IMG/VR virus record: IMGVR_UViG_3300009152_000041
Location: 1,901 to 65,900 of that record
Reading direction: 5' to 3' (one strand)
DNA from: a virus
Length of the DNA: 64,000 nucleotides
Below the pieces are notes generated by a model. The model worked only from the letters and a program-made list of their open reading frames with translations. It was not told where the DNA came from and did not search any database. Of the stretch, positions 54,748 through 63,750 are shown one piece after another; position 1 is the stretch's first letter; every line of letters begins with the position of its first letter. Both the position numbers and the translations under genes were made by a program.

Positions 54748-55521
54748 TTAAACGATTGTAGGCGGTGAATATATTCTTTCAATAAAATTCTTATAATCTT
54801 CGACTCTATCCCCAAAAGCATTTGTTGATATTCTTAATCTCTCGTTTTGTTGAGCCTGATATCCATCTGGGTACCTAAGGTCATCACGAGCCGTATCTAA
54901 TTGTACCAGAGGCTGTAGCCCTCTAGCCATATACGTATAAGTTTGCTCAGTAATTAAGTCGTCTATTGACATAGTACCACCCTCATCCACAAGGGTAACA
55001 CCAAATATTTTCATTTTTGCTGCCAACCCGTATTCGTTAAAGAAGGTAAATACGATATCAAATGGTGGTAACATGTCCGCCAATGGTGCAAAATAGCCCT
55101 TGCTGTCAGAAAGAATTTTTCTATAACTTTCTATTCTATAAAATGCGTACTCGTTAAACTGAGTGAATATCATGCTTCCAGCTATAGTTCTAGCGCCTTT
55201 GACAAATCCTCTTGGATTAACATGACCAAGTGTTCTTACCGGAGAGTTTTCTCTGTGCATTGAATATGATATTGTTTGAAGTTCTGCCATTTCCAGCACA
55301 TCGCCTTCATTGGAAATGAATCCATTTTCTCCAATTTTAGGAATAATGATTGTAGCTGTTATGTCTGCACCAGAAAATGACATATCAGAAAATGGATCTG
55401 GAAGATTATTATTTTTTCTAAATTCTTTTACACTCTCTTCATAGGTGGAGAGTCTATTTTTTCTTGATGATATAGTCGTGAGATTCGCTATATCTGATAC
55501 ATCTTTTTGGTTAAATGCCAT
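54748..55521 (-). CDS. tail tube-like protein, 257 aa
   Basis: RTIAGSMIFTQFNEYAFYRI...PPFDIVFTFFNEYGLAAKMKIFGVTLVDEGGTMSIDDLITEQTYTYMARGLQPL. Confidence 0.7.
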   Translation of the reverse strand: MAFNQKDVSDIANLTTISSRKNRLSTYEESVKEFRKNNNLPDPFSDMSFSGADITATIIIPKIGENGFISNEGDVLEMAELQTISYSMHRENSPVRTLGHVNPRGFVKGARTIAGSMIFTQFNEYAFYRIESYRKILSDSKGYFAPLADMLPPFDIVFTFFNEYGLAAKMKIFGVTLVDEGGTMSIDDLITEQTYTYMARGLQPLVQLDTARDDLRYPDGYQAQQNERLRISTNAFGDRVEDYKNFIERIYSPPTIV

Positions 55522-55539
55522 GTTATTCCTTAAAAATAA

Positions 55540-55579
55540 AATAGTGGAGGATTGGTCCTACACCAAGTCCTCCACTATT
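55540..55579 (-). terminator. terminator-like hairpin between two tube-like genes
   Basis: AATAGTGGAGGA / TCCTCCACTATT perfect 12-bp arms plus inner TTGG/CCAA pairing; minus strand continues TTTATTTTT. Confidence 0.75.
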
Positions 55580-55608
55580 TAATAACTACTATACTTATTT
55601 GATTATAA

Positions 55609-56298
55609 TTATGGTCTAATTATCTCGCTGTTTAATCCGCTAGATGATACTGCATCTTTGCTAATTAATGAACCTAGGTCGTCTGAGTTGAATCTGTTAA
55701 GATTATCCGTTGTAATCTTATACATTGGACCAATTTCACGAGCAACGTATGTCATTGTTTCTTCGATAACAATGTCATCCATCGAAGCTCCTGAACCTTC
55801 ATTTAACAGTTCAACACCATAGATTGATCTAACAGCAGCTTGGCCATATTCGTTAACAAATGTAATTGTAATGTCGAATGGTGGGATTTGGTCTGCATAG
55901 TATGGTGTCTTGCTAACTACGTCTCTTGTTTGATTTGTTACTTCAGCAATACCTCTCTTGTGGCTTGGATCGCCAGGAAGTGTATTATGAGCTCTTGTGA
56001 AAAACTTCATTTCCGAAGAAGAGTTATGATGTGTCTCAAGCATCTGGTACAGAGCTGGGCGGTCAAATACTGTGAATATTAACGAACCAGCAATACCTCT
56101 TTTACCTCTTGAAAATGAACGTGGGTTTGGTGAACCCATTGTATAAATTGGCGCCTTTTCTCTTGTCACCGAAAAAGTGATTCCCGAAAGAGCTCCGATT
56201 TCAACGCCACCAAAAGTGGCAACAATATCAGCACCAGAAAATGTTGTATAAGTATTGAGATACTTGTTTACTGGACTGTCGTAGTATTCGCCTGCCAT
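55609..56298 (-). CDS. tail tube-like protein, 229 aa
   Basis: GKRGIAGSLIFTVFDRPALYQML...PPFDITITFVNEYGQAAVRSIYGVELLNEGSGASMDDIVIEETMTYVAREIGPM; directly follows the sheath gene. Confidence 0.75.
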   Translation of the reverse strand: MAGEYYDSPVNKYLNTYTTFSGADIVATFGGVEIGALSGITFSVTREKAPIYTMGSPNPRSFSRGKRGIAGSLIFTVFDRPALYQMLETHHNSSSEMKFFTRAHNTLPGDPSHKRGIAEVTNQTRDVVSKTPYYADQIPPFDITITFVNEYGQAAVRSIYGVELLNEGSGASMDDIVIEETMTYVAREIGPMYKITTDNLNRFNSDDLGSLISKDAVSSSGLNSEIIRP

Positions 56299-56345
56299 AT
56301 TACCCTCCTAATCGGTATATAAATTTGCAGTGTTTTTATATGATA

Positions 56346-57611
56346 TTAACCAAGTTCAACTGACATTTGGACTTCGATGTTTCTAAGTTCAAATGCAGGT
56401 GTTATAACTAGGTCAATAAGTGCTTTGTTTTCTTCAGCGATGTATCTAATGTTGAAATCGCTATCTAAGATGGCACCCAACTGCTGCATTCCTCTAAGGG
56501 ATGAAGTAATCGAGGTTTCCATTGAGTTTCTAACTTGAATAGTTGAAGGTTGACCAATGAATTTCTGACAGCTCTGACGGACAACTAACATTGATTCGTT
56601 AACAATTCTCAGTGTTGTCAGTCTTGTGTAGTCTGAACTAGAACCAGCAAATGTTACACCATCTGTGAAGATTGGAGCTCTATTGAAGTTTAACATGATT
56701 GAGTTTACACCCTTATTGGTCATTGCCAACAAGGTTGTTTTGCTAGGATTGTATCTTAGCGCTGCAACGTTGTAAACTGTCTTGTTTATGGTTGAAGTGT
56801 ATGAAGCCATTCTGCTAACTGCAGCAGTTAATACAGCTGCACCGTTTGAATAACCCCATGTCTCTGGATAACCTGCAGGCTTTAGCTCTGCGCCAATTAC
56901 CACAACATGTCTTCCAAGTTCCTTAGCGGCAACTCCATTATATGTTGTTGCTGAATCTCTGTCTGAAAGAGTTGTTAAGCCGAGATGTGTTGCTACTTGT
57001 CCAGGAGTCATTACGTCGTTAGCGCCGACATATGGCTTTGTTCCCATAACAGCAAAACATGGATGACTGTTCTCGTTGATTGCTTTAACTTTATCAGCAA
57101 TTTTTACTGCCCAGTTATTTCCAATCGTTACTGAGTTGTCTGCATAAAATCCGTAAATTGTATCGGCAGATGCGGAAAAAGCTTCAGAAGGAGTTGCAGA
57201 CCAGAGTCCTGCTCTTGCACCACTTCCCCAAGGAAGTATAATATCTGGCTGAGCAGCTTCTGCTGCAATGAACATTGCATCAAGAACGCTACCACCAAAA
57301 TTGGTACTTGTTACCGCAGCCGTAGTGTGGTTCCATGTAGTATCACTTGGCAATGGGACCATGTAGATTCTTTCTGCGCCTGCAGAAACAAGCTCAAAAA
57401 AAGCTCTGTGACAAGCTGAATTAATGCCAAAAGCAGTTATGACATCTTGTTCATTTGTGCACTGAACTACGTCAAGGTCTGCAACGTTGCCGGTTCCATC
57501 TGCTGTTGATCTTTTTGCTATTACCACAACTCTAGGTCCGACTGGACTATCTTGACGGGAGATGCTGTAGAAGCGGTCTTTAATTATTGTTTTTACACCT
57601 GGTAGAGCCAT
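56346..57611 (-). CDS. tail sheath protein, 421 aa
   Basis: ALPGVKTIIKDRF...VVVIAKRSTADGTGN; C-terminal R...VNESMLVVRQSCQKFIGQPSTIQVRNSMETSITSSLRGMQQLGAILD...NRAxELRNIEVQM-like organisation typical of contractile sheath. Confidence 0.85.
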   Translation of the reverse strand: MALPGVKTIIKDRFYSISRQDSPVGPRVVVIAKRSTADGTGNVADLDVVQCTNEQDVITAFGINSACHRAFFELVSAGAERIYMVPLPSDTTWNHTTAAVTSTNFGGSVLDAMFIAAEAAQPDIILPWGSGARAGLWSATPSEAFSASADTIYGFYADNSVTIGNNWAVKIADKVKAINENSHPCFAVMGTKPYVGANDVMTPGQVATHLGLTTLSDRDSATTYNGVAAKELGRHVVVIGAELKPAGYPETWGYSNGAAVLTAAVSRMASYTSTINKTVYNVAALRYNPSKTTLLAMTNKGVNSIMLNFNRAPIFTDGVTFAGSSSDYTRLTTLRIVNESMLVVRQSCQKFIGQPSTIQVRNSMETSITSSLRGMQQLGAILDSDFNIRYIAEENKALIDLVITPAFELRNIEVQMSVELG

Positions 57612-57713
57612 GTTATTCTTAACCTCCGAGTCAGCGATTTATTGGATTAACTCGAAAGATATAGTAATGGGGTACCTGTAAAAACTAACTAGATTTACGT
57701 ATCCTACTAAATA

Positions 57714-58526
57714 TTATGAGTTTGGGGTAGCACTTTGAAATAAGTCTACAATACCTAGGTTCATATCTGGATTGTAATACGAAGAAGGAGTCGCAGCTGC
57801 TTGATCAACTAGCTGCTTTTCATAGGAAACCCATTGGCGTATATCGGCCACAATTGACTCAATCTTATCAACTGCTGATACATGTATTTTTTCGGTTGTT
57901 AACAAATATGTAACCGCTCTTTTAACTACATCAGTTTGGTCCATGTTTGTTTCGGTATCTGAAAACCTTCTAGCGTATACGAGTTCTGATGCCCCTAGTC
58001 TCTTAAAGACTGGAGTATATTCAAGCATAAAATCTTCAAATATTTCCATAATTCTATCGGCTACTTCTGCGCCAGCATATCGTTGTTGATCGCCTGACAA
58101 TTGGCCAGCATTGGCTTCAACCATAACAGTAAAGGAAACAATGTTCTGAAAACGCTGACCTTCTATAATGTAATACTTACCGTCATCACCTAAGGCTTTA
58201 TCCCTATATCTCATTTTAGGTTCTTGACTATGAGCCCTCTTTAGCTCAAGGCCGTAAGCTATGCAAGGATAGGATGCAAACTTGCCTCCAAATGTTGCTA
58301 AAATTGGTATATCTGGATATGAATTCTCCCAGAGCATTTTGACAACCTCTATGAAGCCTAGGTAAGTTAAATTTCCTTCAGCCTTTAATCTTCTTGAATC
58401 ACTATCGTTATAGTATTTGGGATCCTGCTCTCGCAGTCTATCTCTGCTTTCTGTATAGCTTTCCCACTTACTACTTTGTGCTGCGTCAGCATTAAAGCTA
58501 TCTGGGAATGGAAATGAAGACTGCAT
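57714..58526 (-). CDS. putative tail completion/neck-tail terminator protein, 270 aa
   Basis: Position between two sheath-like genes; ORF intact. Confidence 0.5.
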   Translation of the reverse strand: MQSSFPFPDSFNADAAQSSKWESYTESRDRLREQDPKYYNDSDSRRLKAEGNLTYLGFIEVVKMLWENSYPDIPILATFGGKFASYPCIAYGLELKRAHSQEPKMRYRDKALGDDGKYYIIEGQRFQNIVSFTVMVEANAGQLSGDQQRYAGAEVADRIMEIFEDFMLEYTPVFKRLGASELVYARRFSDTETNMDQTDVVKRAVTYLLTTEKIHVSAVDKIESIVADIRQWVSYEKQLVDQAAATPSSYYNPDMNLGIVDLFQSATPNS

Positions 58527-58527
58527 G

Positions 58528-60612
58528 CTATGCTCCTGGTCCTGTCATTATAGAAAAGTTAATATTTTTTAGACCAAGAGAAGAAACTAAATTTATTTCA
58601 AAAATTAAAGTTCCTCTTTCTGTTTTAGATCCATATGATTGAAGATTGTAATCTTTAATAGTTCTAGTCGATACCAACATGTCAAGCATAGCTTTGACTT
58701 GTGAAATTACTTTATCTTCAGCGTTCTTTCCTATGCCATCATTTGCTATAGCTTTTATTTCAGTTATAACCATAGCTACTAATCTCATTTGCGGAGCTTT
58801 TGTAAAAGAACTATTTTTATTAGCTAATGTATAATCATTAGATATATTTACTTCGTATGGATTGCCTCTTAGCGCTTTACGTGTTCTATACACAACATTT
58901 ACACCAAGGTTATCCAACCTAGCTAATGAATCTCCAGATAAATTAGAACCATAAACAGAATATGCTCCTGGTATTCTTTTTCTAATTATCCCATTATAGA
59001 CTGGAGTTGACGACATCATTCCAGCAAATGCTGCTGCTGCTGAACTCGTATATGATCTTCCAAAACCTATATGATTGAAAGTTAGTTCTCCGTATACAGG
59101 AATAATATATCTACCTATATCACTTTCTATTTCTCCACTTATTGAGTAAGTGGTAAATTTATTTACAAGTCTAGTATTTTGTTCTAGAAGTTGAACATCA
59201 CTGTCTTTTGTTCCATTATTTTTAGAACCAATAATTCCCATTTGCACATATCCGGTAGCATTATTGAAAGAATAACAATGAACAGCTAGTTGAGCTATGA
59301 AGTCAACAGACCCAGTATTTATCATTGAAGTTTCAAGTGGCACTATTATATCAATAAAGTCAAGCCCTTTTGCTATATCATAACTTACTGCTAGTCTTTC
59401 ATAATATTTTTCATAAAAGTTTACATTAGAATTTGTTTCAGCTGAAAAAAGTATTGGCATGTCGATAAGTCTTTGAGAAATATCTTCGATGTATTCTGAC
59501 ATTGGCGCAGAAGCCATCATGAATATGGACTTTGCTCCGCAACTAAACGCATCGTGAATTCCTCTTAAAAGGGGAGAAGAAGTATTTGCACCCAATAGGT
59601 TAGTAGCTTCTTGAATTGAATTAATTTTTATAATTTGATTTAGTTCGATTCCATCGCTATGACCTATTAATAATATTGAATTAGTATTATAGTATTCTTC
59701 TAGTGAATCAAAAATTGGTCTCTTCGAAATGCTTGCACCAGTTGTTGGTCCTGTTAAATCTTTAGATACTCCAGTTGTATTAATGACAGAATATTTTCCG
59801 GTTGTAAGTTGCTCTCCATTAGATAAAGGAATATTTGTTTTAATAGAAAATTTATTATTTGCTGGTACCGAGGAGATAAAATGATTTCCGTTAAAGGCTG
59901 CACTTATTTCTGATATTGAAATTTGATCACCAGATGAAAGATTGTGATCAATATCAGTTGATAGAGTTATCACTCCATTCTCTATTTTTTTATATACTAT
60001 ATTTCCGACTCTACCAATTTGACTTCTAGAGACTTCAAAGTTATGTTCAATTACTTGAGTTCTATCATTGTACGCACATTGGATGGAGACGGTATAAGTT
60101 CCACCAAAAAGTGTATCTGGAATTTTATAATAAAAACCATACTCAGAGTCTGATGGTCTATTGTAATAAGAATTTGTCTTAAGAGCTAGCCTTGCATATG
60201 CTTTTGTGGCGTTATAGCTTGATAAGCTTGGTAAAGTAGTAGCAGCTGTCCTTGCTATTACTGATTTTGTAGTTGGTGCAGATGTGATTATGTACTCTGC
60301 GTTATATCCACCGCCAACACCATAGATGATTACGGTATCTCCAGCGGCTAACTTATGATCTACATCAAATGTAAATGTTGCCGAAATGTGACCACTCACT
60401 ATTGAACTTGGTGGTGTTATCGATATGATTCGATAACTTGTATTAATCAATGAAGTAGATGAATGGATTATTTCTCCAGTGCCACCATTCCCTCTTGATA
60501 CTGTTGCATATATATCTACTGGAGTAGCTTGATTCAAAGGGTCGTAGAACTCACCGTTTACCAAAAAGGCAAATCTAAACTTCACCAACTGACCATTGTG
60601 TACTCTTAACAT
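58528..60612 (-). CDS. sheath-like protein, 694 aa
   Basis: C-terminus LVAMVITEIKAIANDGIGKNAEDKVISQVKAMLDMLVSTRTIKDYNLQSYGSKTERGTLIFEINLVSSLGLKNINFSI and central FIDIIVPLETSMINTGSVDFIAQLAVHC are sheath-like. Confidence 0.6.
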   Translation of the reverse strand: MLRVHNGQLVKFRFAFLVNGEFYDPLNQATPVDIYATVSRGNGGTGEIIHSSTSLINTSYRIISITPPSSIVSGHISATFTFDVDHKLAAGDTVIIYGVGGGYNAEYIITSAPTTKSVIARTAATTLPSLSSYNATKAYARLALKTNSYYNRPSDSEYGFYYKIPDTLFGGTYTVSIQCAYNDRTQVIEHNFEVSRSQIGRVGNIVYKKIENGVITLSTDIDHNLSSGDQISISEISAAFNGNHFISSVPANNKFSIKTNIPLSNGEQLTTGKYSVINTTGVSKDLTGPTTGASISKRPIFDSLEEYYNTNSILLIGHSDGIELNQIIKINSIQEATNLLGANTSSPLLRGIHDAFSCGAKSIFMMASAPMSEYIEDISQRLIDMPILFSAETNSNVNFYEKYYERLAVSYDIAKGLDFIDIIVPLETSMINTGSVDFIAQLAVHCYSFNNATGYVQMGIIGSKNNGTKDSDVQLLEQNTRLVNKFTTYSISGEIESDIGRYIIPVYGELTFNHIGFGRSYTSSAAAAFAGMMSSTPVYNGIIRKRIPGAYSVYGSNLSGDSLARLDNLGVNVVYRTRKALRGNPYEVNISNDYTLANKNSSFTKAPQMRLVAMVITEIKAIANDGIGKNAEDKVISQVKAMLDMLVSTRTIKDYNLQSYGSKTERGTLIFEINLVSSLGLKNINFSIMTGPGA

Positions 60613-60985
60613 TTAATTTTTACTTTCTCTAGTCGCACCTGCAACCCAGTAAACTACTTTTCCGCCTCTACCTCTTACCGGAGCAGAAAAGTCTACTAAA
60701 AAAATTTGTTGACCGCCTGAATAGTCTTCATATATTCTATCACCAGATTTAATACTTGCCGTATCTTGAAAATAATATACTACCTCAGAGCTAACTGTTA
60801 AGCCTTGTATGTTTTCTTCTAATATATTAGCAAATCCGTTGAGCCCCCGGATACACAGCTCTTACGGTGTATCTTTGCATCTTTTTGCTATAGGTCATAG
60901 TTTTCTGATCTAATACTTTTTGAACTAATACATTGTGACCCCAACTACGCAGTATATTGCTTAATGTGCGTTTTGGATCAATCAT
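60613..60985 (-). CDS. putative connector/neck protein, about 123 aa, via +1 frameshift at CGG 60836-60838
   Basis: MIDPKRTLSNILRSWGHNVLVQKVLDQKTMTYSKKMQRYTVRAVYPGAQ-CGGA-FANILEENIQGLTVSSEVVYYFQDTASIKSGDRIYEDYSGGQQIFLVDFSAPVRGRGGKVVYWVAGATRESKN*. Absent from the supplied ORF track. Confidence 0.85.
60836..60838 (-). other. +1 frameshift site: CAA CGG A
   Basis: Zero frame CAA CGG ATT TGC TAA; the +1 frame runs 74 codons to TAA without a single ATG/GTG/TTG. Confidence 0.88.
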
Positions 60986-61868
60986 ACTTCCTTATTCCTC
61001 TTTCTGGAATTGGATTCTGGTCTGGCGACTGGATATGAGTTGGTCCATATAGGTCTCTTGGAGTGTAGTAAACTGACAATCCAGTATATGGATCCATAGT
61101 TCTTCCGGCTCCAATTGTTGGAAGACTTGGTAAACCCTTTGGTTGAACTGCTTTCATTCCAACTTTTGATGTTAACATTTCTTTTCTAAGCATTGCTGCA
61201 ATTTGACACCAAGTGGTAGCGTTAGCTCTACTTAAAGTGTTTCTAGGTAAGTTTTTGTTGGTTATTGAAAGATCGCCAAGCCTTACCGAAAGCTCATCGT
61301 CTCCACCGTTTCCATAAACCCTTGTTAACTCACAACAGGTGGCTGCTCTTATGTATTCAAATGCCGTAAATGGAATGGCTGTTCCGTCTTCAGTCTCTAG
61401 TAATTTAAATATATTTTTTATCTCTATAGAATAATTGTGTATGAACTCACCTATTTCAAGAAGGGAAGCGTCAGGGAAGTAGGGGAGAAGTTGCTCCGGA
61501 TCAAGATACAATGGCTCTATATCCGCTGCAAAAGCTATTATTTCATCCTCTCTCAAGAAGACTGTTGGCCTATAGTCCTCTGTTGGAGTACTTACATATA
61601 TCTGTTGATTAACGCTAATCGTAGTATTGTTTGCTAGAATTCCATTAAAGGAAACCTTATATGTACCAGCTGTTAATGGAGTGTAGTCGTAGTAGAATTC
61701 AGAACCACTAAGCGACGTAGGGGTAACTGATATTATTAACACATTACTTGAATTTGTTATACCCATAGAAACTGATACGGGAGAAACCTCTACTTGATTA
61801 CCATTAGCATCTACGTCAATAAACTTAACCTTTAGACGCACAGTATCATTGACTAGTATATTTGCCAT
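60978..61868 (-). CDS. head-tail connector-like protein with N-terminal Ig-like domain, 296 aa
   Basis: N-terminal beta-rich VSVSMGITNSSNVLIISVTPTSLSGSEFYYDYTPLTAGTYKVSFNG; C-terminal helical LEIGEFIHNYSIEIKNIFKL...FEYIRAATCCELTRVYG...ELSVRLGDLSI. Confidence 0.5.
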   Translation of the reverse strand: MANILVNDTVRLKVKFIDVDANGNQVEVSPVSVSMGITNSSNVLIISVTPTSLSGSEFYYDYTPLTAGTYKVSFNGILANNTTISVNQQIYVSTPTEDYRPTVFLREDEIIAFAADIEPLYLDPEQLLPYFPDASLLEIGEFIHNYSIEIKNIFKLLETEDGTAIPFTAFEYIRAATCCELTRVYGNGGDDELSVRLGDLSITNKNLPRNTLSRANATTWCQIAAMLRKEMLTSKVGMKAVQPKGLPSLPTIGAGRTMDPYTGLSVYYTPRDLYGPTHIQSPDQNPIPERGIRKYD

Positions 61869-61892
61869 TTTTCCCTCTTTAAAAAGTAGATA

Positions 61893-61900
61893 TTTATATA
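61893..61900 (-). promoter_or_regulatory. possible T4-type late promoter element TATAAATA
   Basis: Minus-strand ACTATATAAATATC about 25 nt upstream of the 61868 start. Confidence 0.35.
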
Positions 61901-61927
61901 GTAGTACTTTAAATTGTGTTGGTGAGG

Positions 61928-62302
61928 TTATTCACTCTGATTCTGAACACTAACAAGTGTGCCAGAGTTTATATTTGTTTCACTTGCCTGGATAATCCCA
62001 GCGCCTTCTTTTTCGGCAATTTCTATTGTAATAAGAGAGCCAGAATGTATAGTTATTTCGCTAGCTTGAATAAGCGCAGCGCCTTCCTTCTGGAGGGCCT
62101 GTATCGTGATTATACCGTTTGGAGCTAGATCTATACTTACAACGCCTATTGCGGTAGCTACCGAATAGTCTTCTTTTCCACCAAAGTTAACTTTTATATC
62201 ATTTAAAATGACAGGATTTGATATTCCCTCTATTATTAATACAACGGTTCCATTATATTGAATACCAGATTGGTTATAGTCAATAATGTCATTATATAAC
62301 AT
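61928..62302 (-). CDS. hypothetical repeat protein, 124 aa
   Basis: Internal repeat EGAALIQASEITIHSGSLITIE / EGAGIIQASETNINSGTLVSVQ. Confidence 0.65.
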   Translation of the reverse strand: MLYNDIIDYNQSGIQYNGTVVLIIEGISNPVILNDIKVNFGGKEDYSVATAIGVVSIDLAPNGIITIQALQKEGAALIQASEITIHSGSLITIEIAEKEGAGIIQASETNINSGTLVSVQNQSE

Positions 62303-62354
62303 AAATGTCCTTTAAAAAGTATTAACTATATAGTAATGATATAAAGTTAAATTA

Positions 62355-63032
62355 TTATTCGTAATAAAACTTGTTAGCCTTTAAGGCTATTGGGGGACTA
62401 TCCCTGTGCCAAACGTTGATAACCACAACCCTTCTCACCCCGGAAATTGGCGGGGTTGTATTGTGTATAACGTGACCAGCATCGAAAATAATTAACCTAT
62501 TTGGCATACAGGCTATTCTTTCTCTGAGTTCAATTGGAACAACTAGTGTATCCATATTTTCTCTCTCAAGGGCGTCTGGAGTGTCTTCTGATACAGCTTT
62601 AGGGTGAAGCTCTAAGAAGCCACCAACAACATCATTTGTTTCCGGATAGTACACACATCCAATTTTTGGCCCTCTGAAGATTTTGGTATCTGCGTATAGA
62701 AAAGTATCCTCATCTACGTGAACATCTAAGAATTGTCCTGGCTTGAAAGTCCTAGTCCAATACTCAAATCCACACAATTCCTCAATTGGAAAAGGAAGAT
62801 TATTTTCCCAAATTTCTTTAATTAATCTTTTCCTTGGTGTATTTGCCTCAGACTTATGCCAGCCATCCCAAAACATATACGGGGCAAAGCAGTCGCACAG
62901 CTCATCATGATATCCGTTTAAAACTGTTGCGATGCGCTCTTCATCGCCCATTGATTCTGGGAAGAAGTCTTTAGTATATTTAATTTCATCCAATAATATT
63001 GGATCTTTTATAAAATCATCTAAAATAATCAT
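62355..63032 (-). CDS. 2OG-Fe(II) oxygenase / prolyl 4-hydroxylase-like, 225 aa
   Basis: FLDVHVDEDTF (HxD), NRLIIFDAGHVIHNTTPPISGVRRVVVINVW (distal H and R) with the double-stranded beta-helix motif spacing. Confidence 0.82.
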   Translation of the reverse strand: MIILDDFIKDPILLDEIKYTKDFFPESMGDEERIATVLNGYHDELCDCFAPYMFWDGWHKSEANTPRKRLIKEIWENNLPFPIEELCGFEYWTRTFKPGQFLDVHVDEDTFLYADTKIFRGPKIGCVYYPETNDVVGGFLELHPKAVSEDTPDALERENMDTLVVPIELRERIACMPNRLIIFDAGHVIHNTTPPISGVRRVVVINVWHRDSPPIALKANKFYYE

Positions 63033-63045
63033 AATTTATATAGTA

Positions 63046-63750
63046 CTACAGTTTGACCGCATATGTAACAGCAGCACCTGTTGGATTATGGTAAACGCAG
63101 GAATTCTCTATATTTTTAAGATACTCGTGAACTTCGTAAAAATCCGTAAAAACAGACTCATCTTTATATAGAGAATCAGTTCCAGTATAGAGCATCATTA
63201 TGGTGCCATTTTTGTTTAGCATGTTATAAAATTTAACTACTAATTCAGGATCATGTAAAACGTCATGTATGCTCATGCAGATAAAATCATAGGTCCCGGC
63301 ATTACTTGACTCTATATCTTGCATTGAAATGGTATTATAATCCCAATCTTCATTATCTTTTTTTATTATTCTTTCAAATAGATTTAATTGATAATTATTA
63401 AGGAGTGTTAGCTTTGATCTTTTTTGCATTAATCTAACTAGTCCTGTATTAAATGCTGGGAGGGTCATTAAAGATGTTTTAGGATTAGCGGTTAAGAACC
63501 CAAACTCATGAGTGTTAGCCGCATAGTAGTATGCTTGATTAGTGTTCCAGAAATGAGTTTCTTGACTAAACACATCAAAATACCAAATTAAGAAATCCAT
63601 CCCTGCAGCTATTTTTCTTTTATCTAAAGATAAAGTATCTAAATAGTTTTTAACATTTTTACTTTTTTTTATTGATTCATCAATAGATTCCACATCTACA
63701 TACTTAATTAAGTTAACTAAATTATCGAAATAATCTTTTTCATACATCAT
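63046..63750 (-). CDS. possible class I SAM-dependent methyltransferase-like protein, 234 aa
   Basis: NAGTYDFICMSIHDVLHDPELVVKFYNMLNKNGTIMMLYTG resembles methyltransferase motifs; weak. Confidence 0.35.
   Translation of the reverse strand: MMYEKDYFDNLVNLIKYVDVESIDESIKKSKNVKNYLDTLSLDKRKIAAGMDFLIWYFDVFSQETHFWNTNQAYYYAANTHEFGFLTANPKTSLMTLPAFNTGLVRLMQKRSKLTLLNNYQLNLFERIIKKDNEDWDYNTISMQDIESSNAGTYDFICMSIHDVLHDPELVVKFYNMLNKNGTIMMLYTGTDSLYKDESVFTDFYEVHEYLKNIENSCVYHNPTGAAVTYAVKL

Noticed and set aside
57612-57713. Promoter or regulatory RNA in the 102-nt gap upstream of the sheath gene
   Set aside because: AT-rich gap without a convincing hairpin or TATAAATA element; insufficient evidence.
5919-60985. 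Frameshifts as ordinary sequencing or assembly indels
   Set aside because: Not fully excluded, but all nine are in the same direction, all coincide with the only in-frame CGG codons, and many out-of-frame CGGA copies do not disrupt ORFs. Random indels would not show this. Some sites (60847 G5 run, TTT at 53040, AAAA at 20735) have nearby homopolymers, so read-level checking is still needed.
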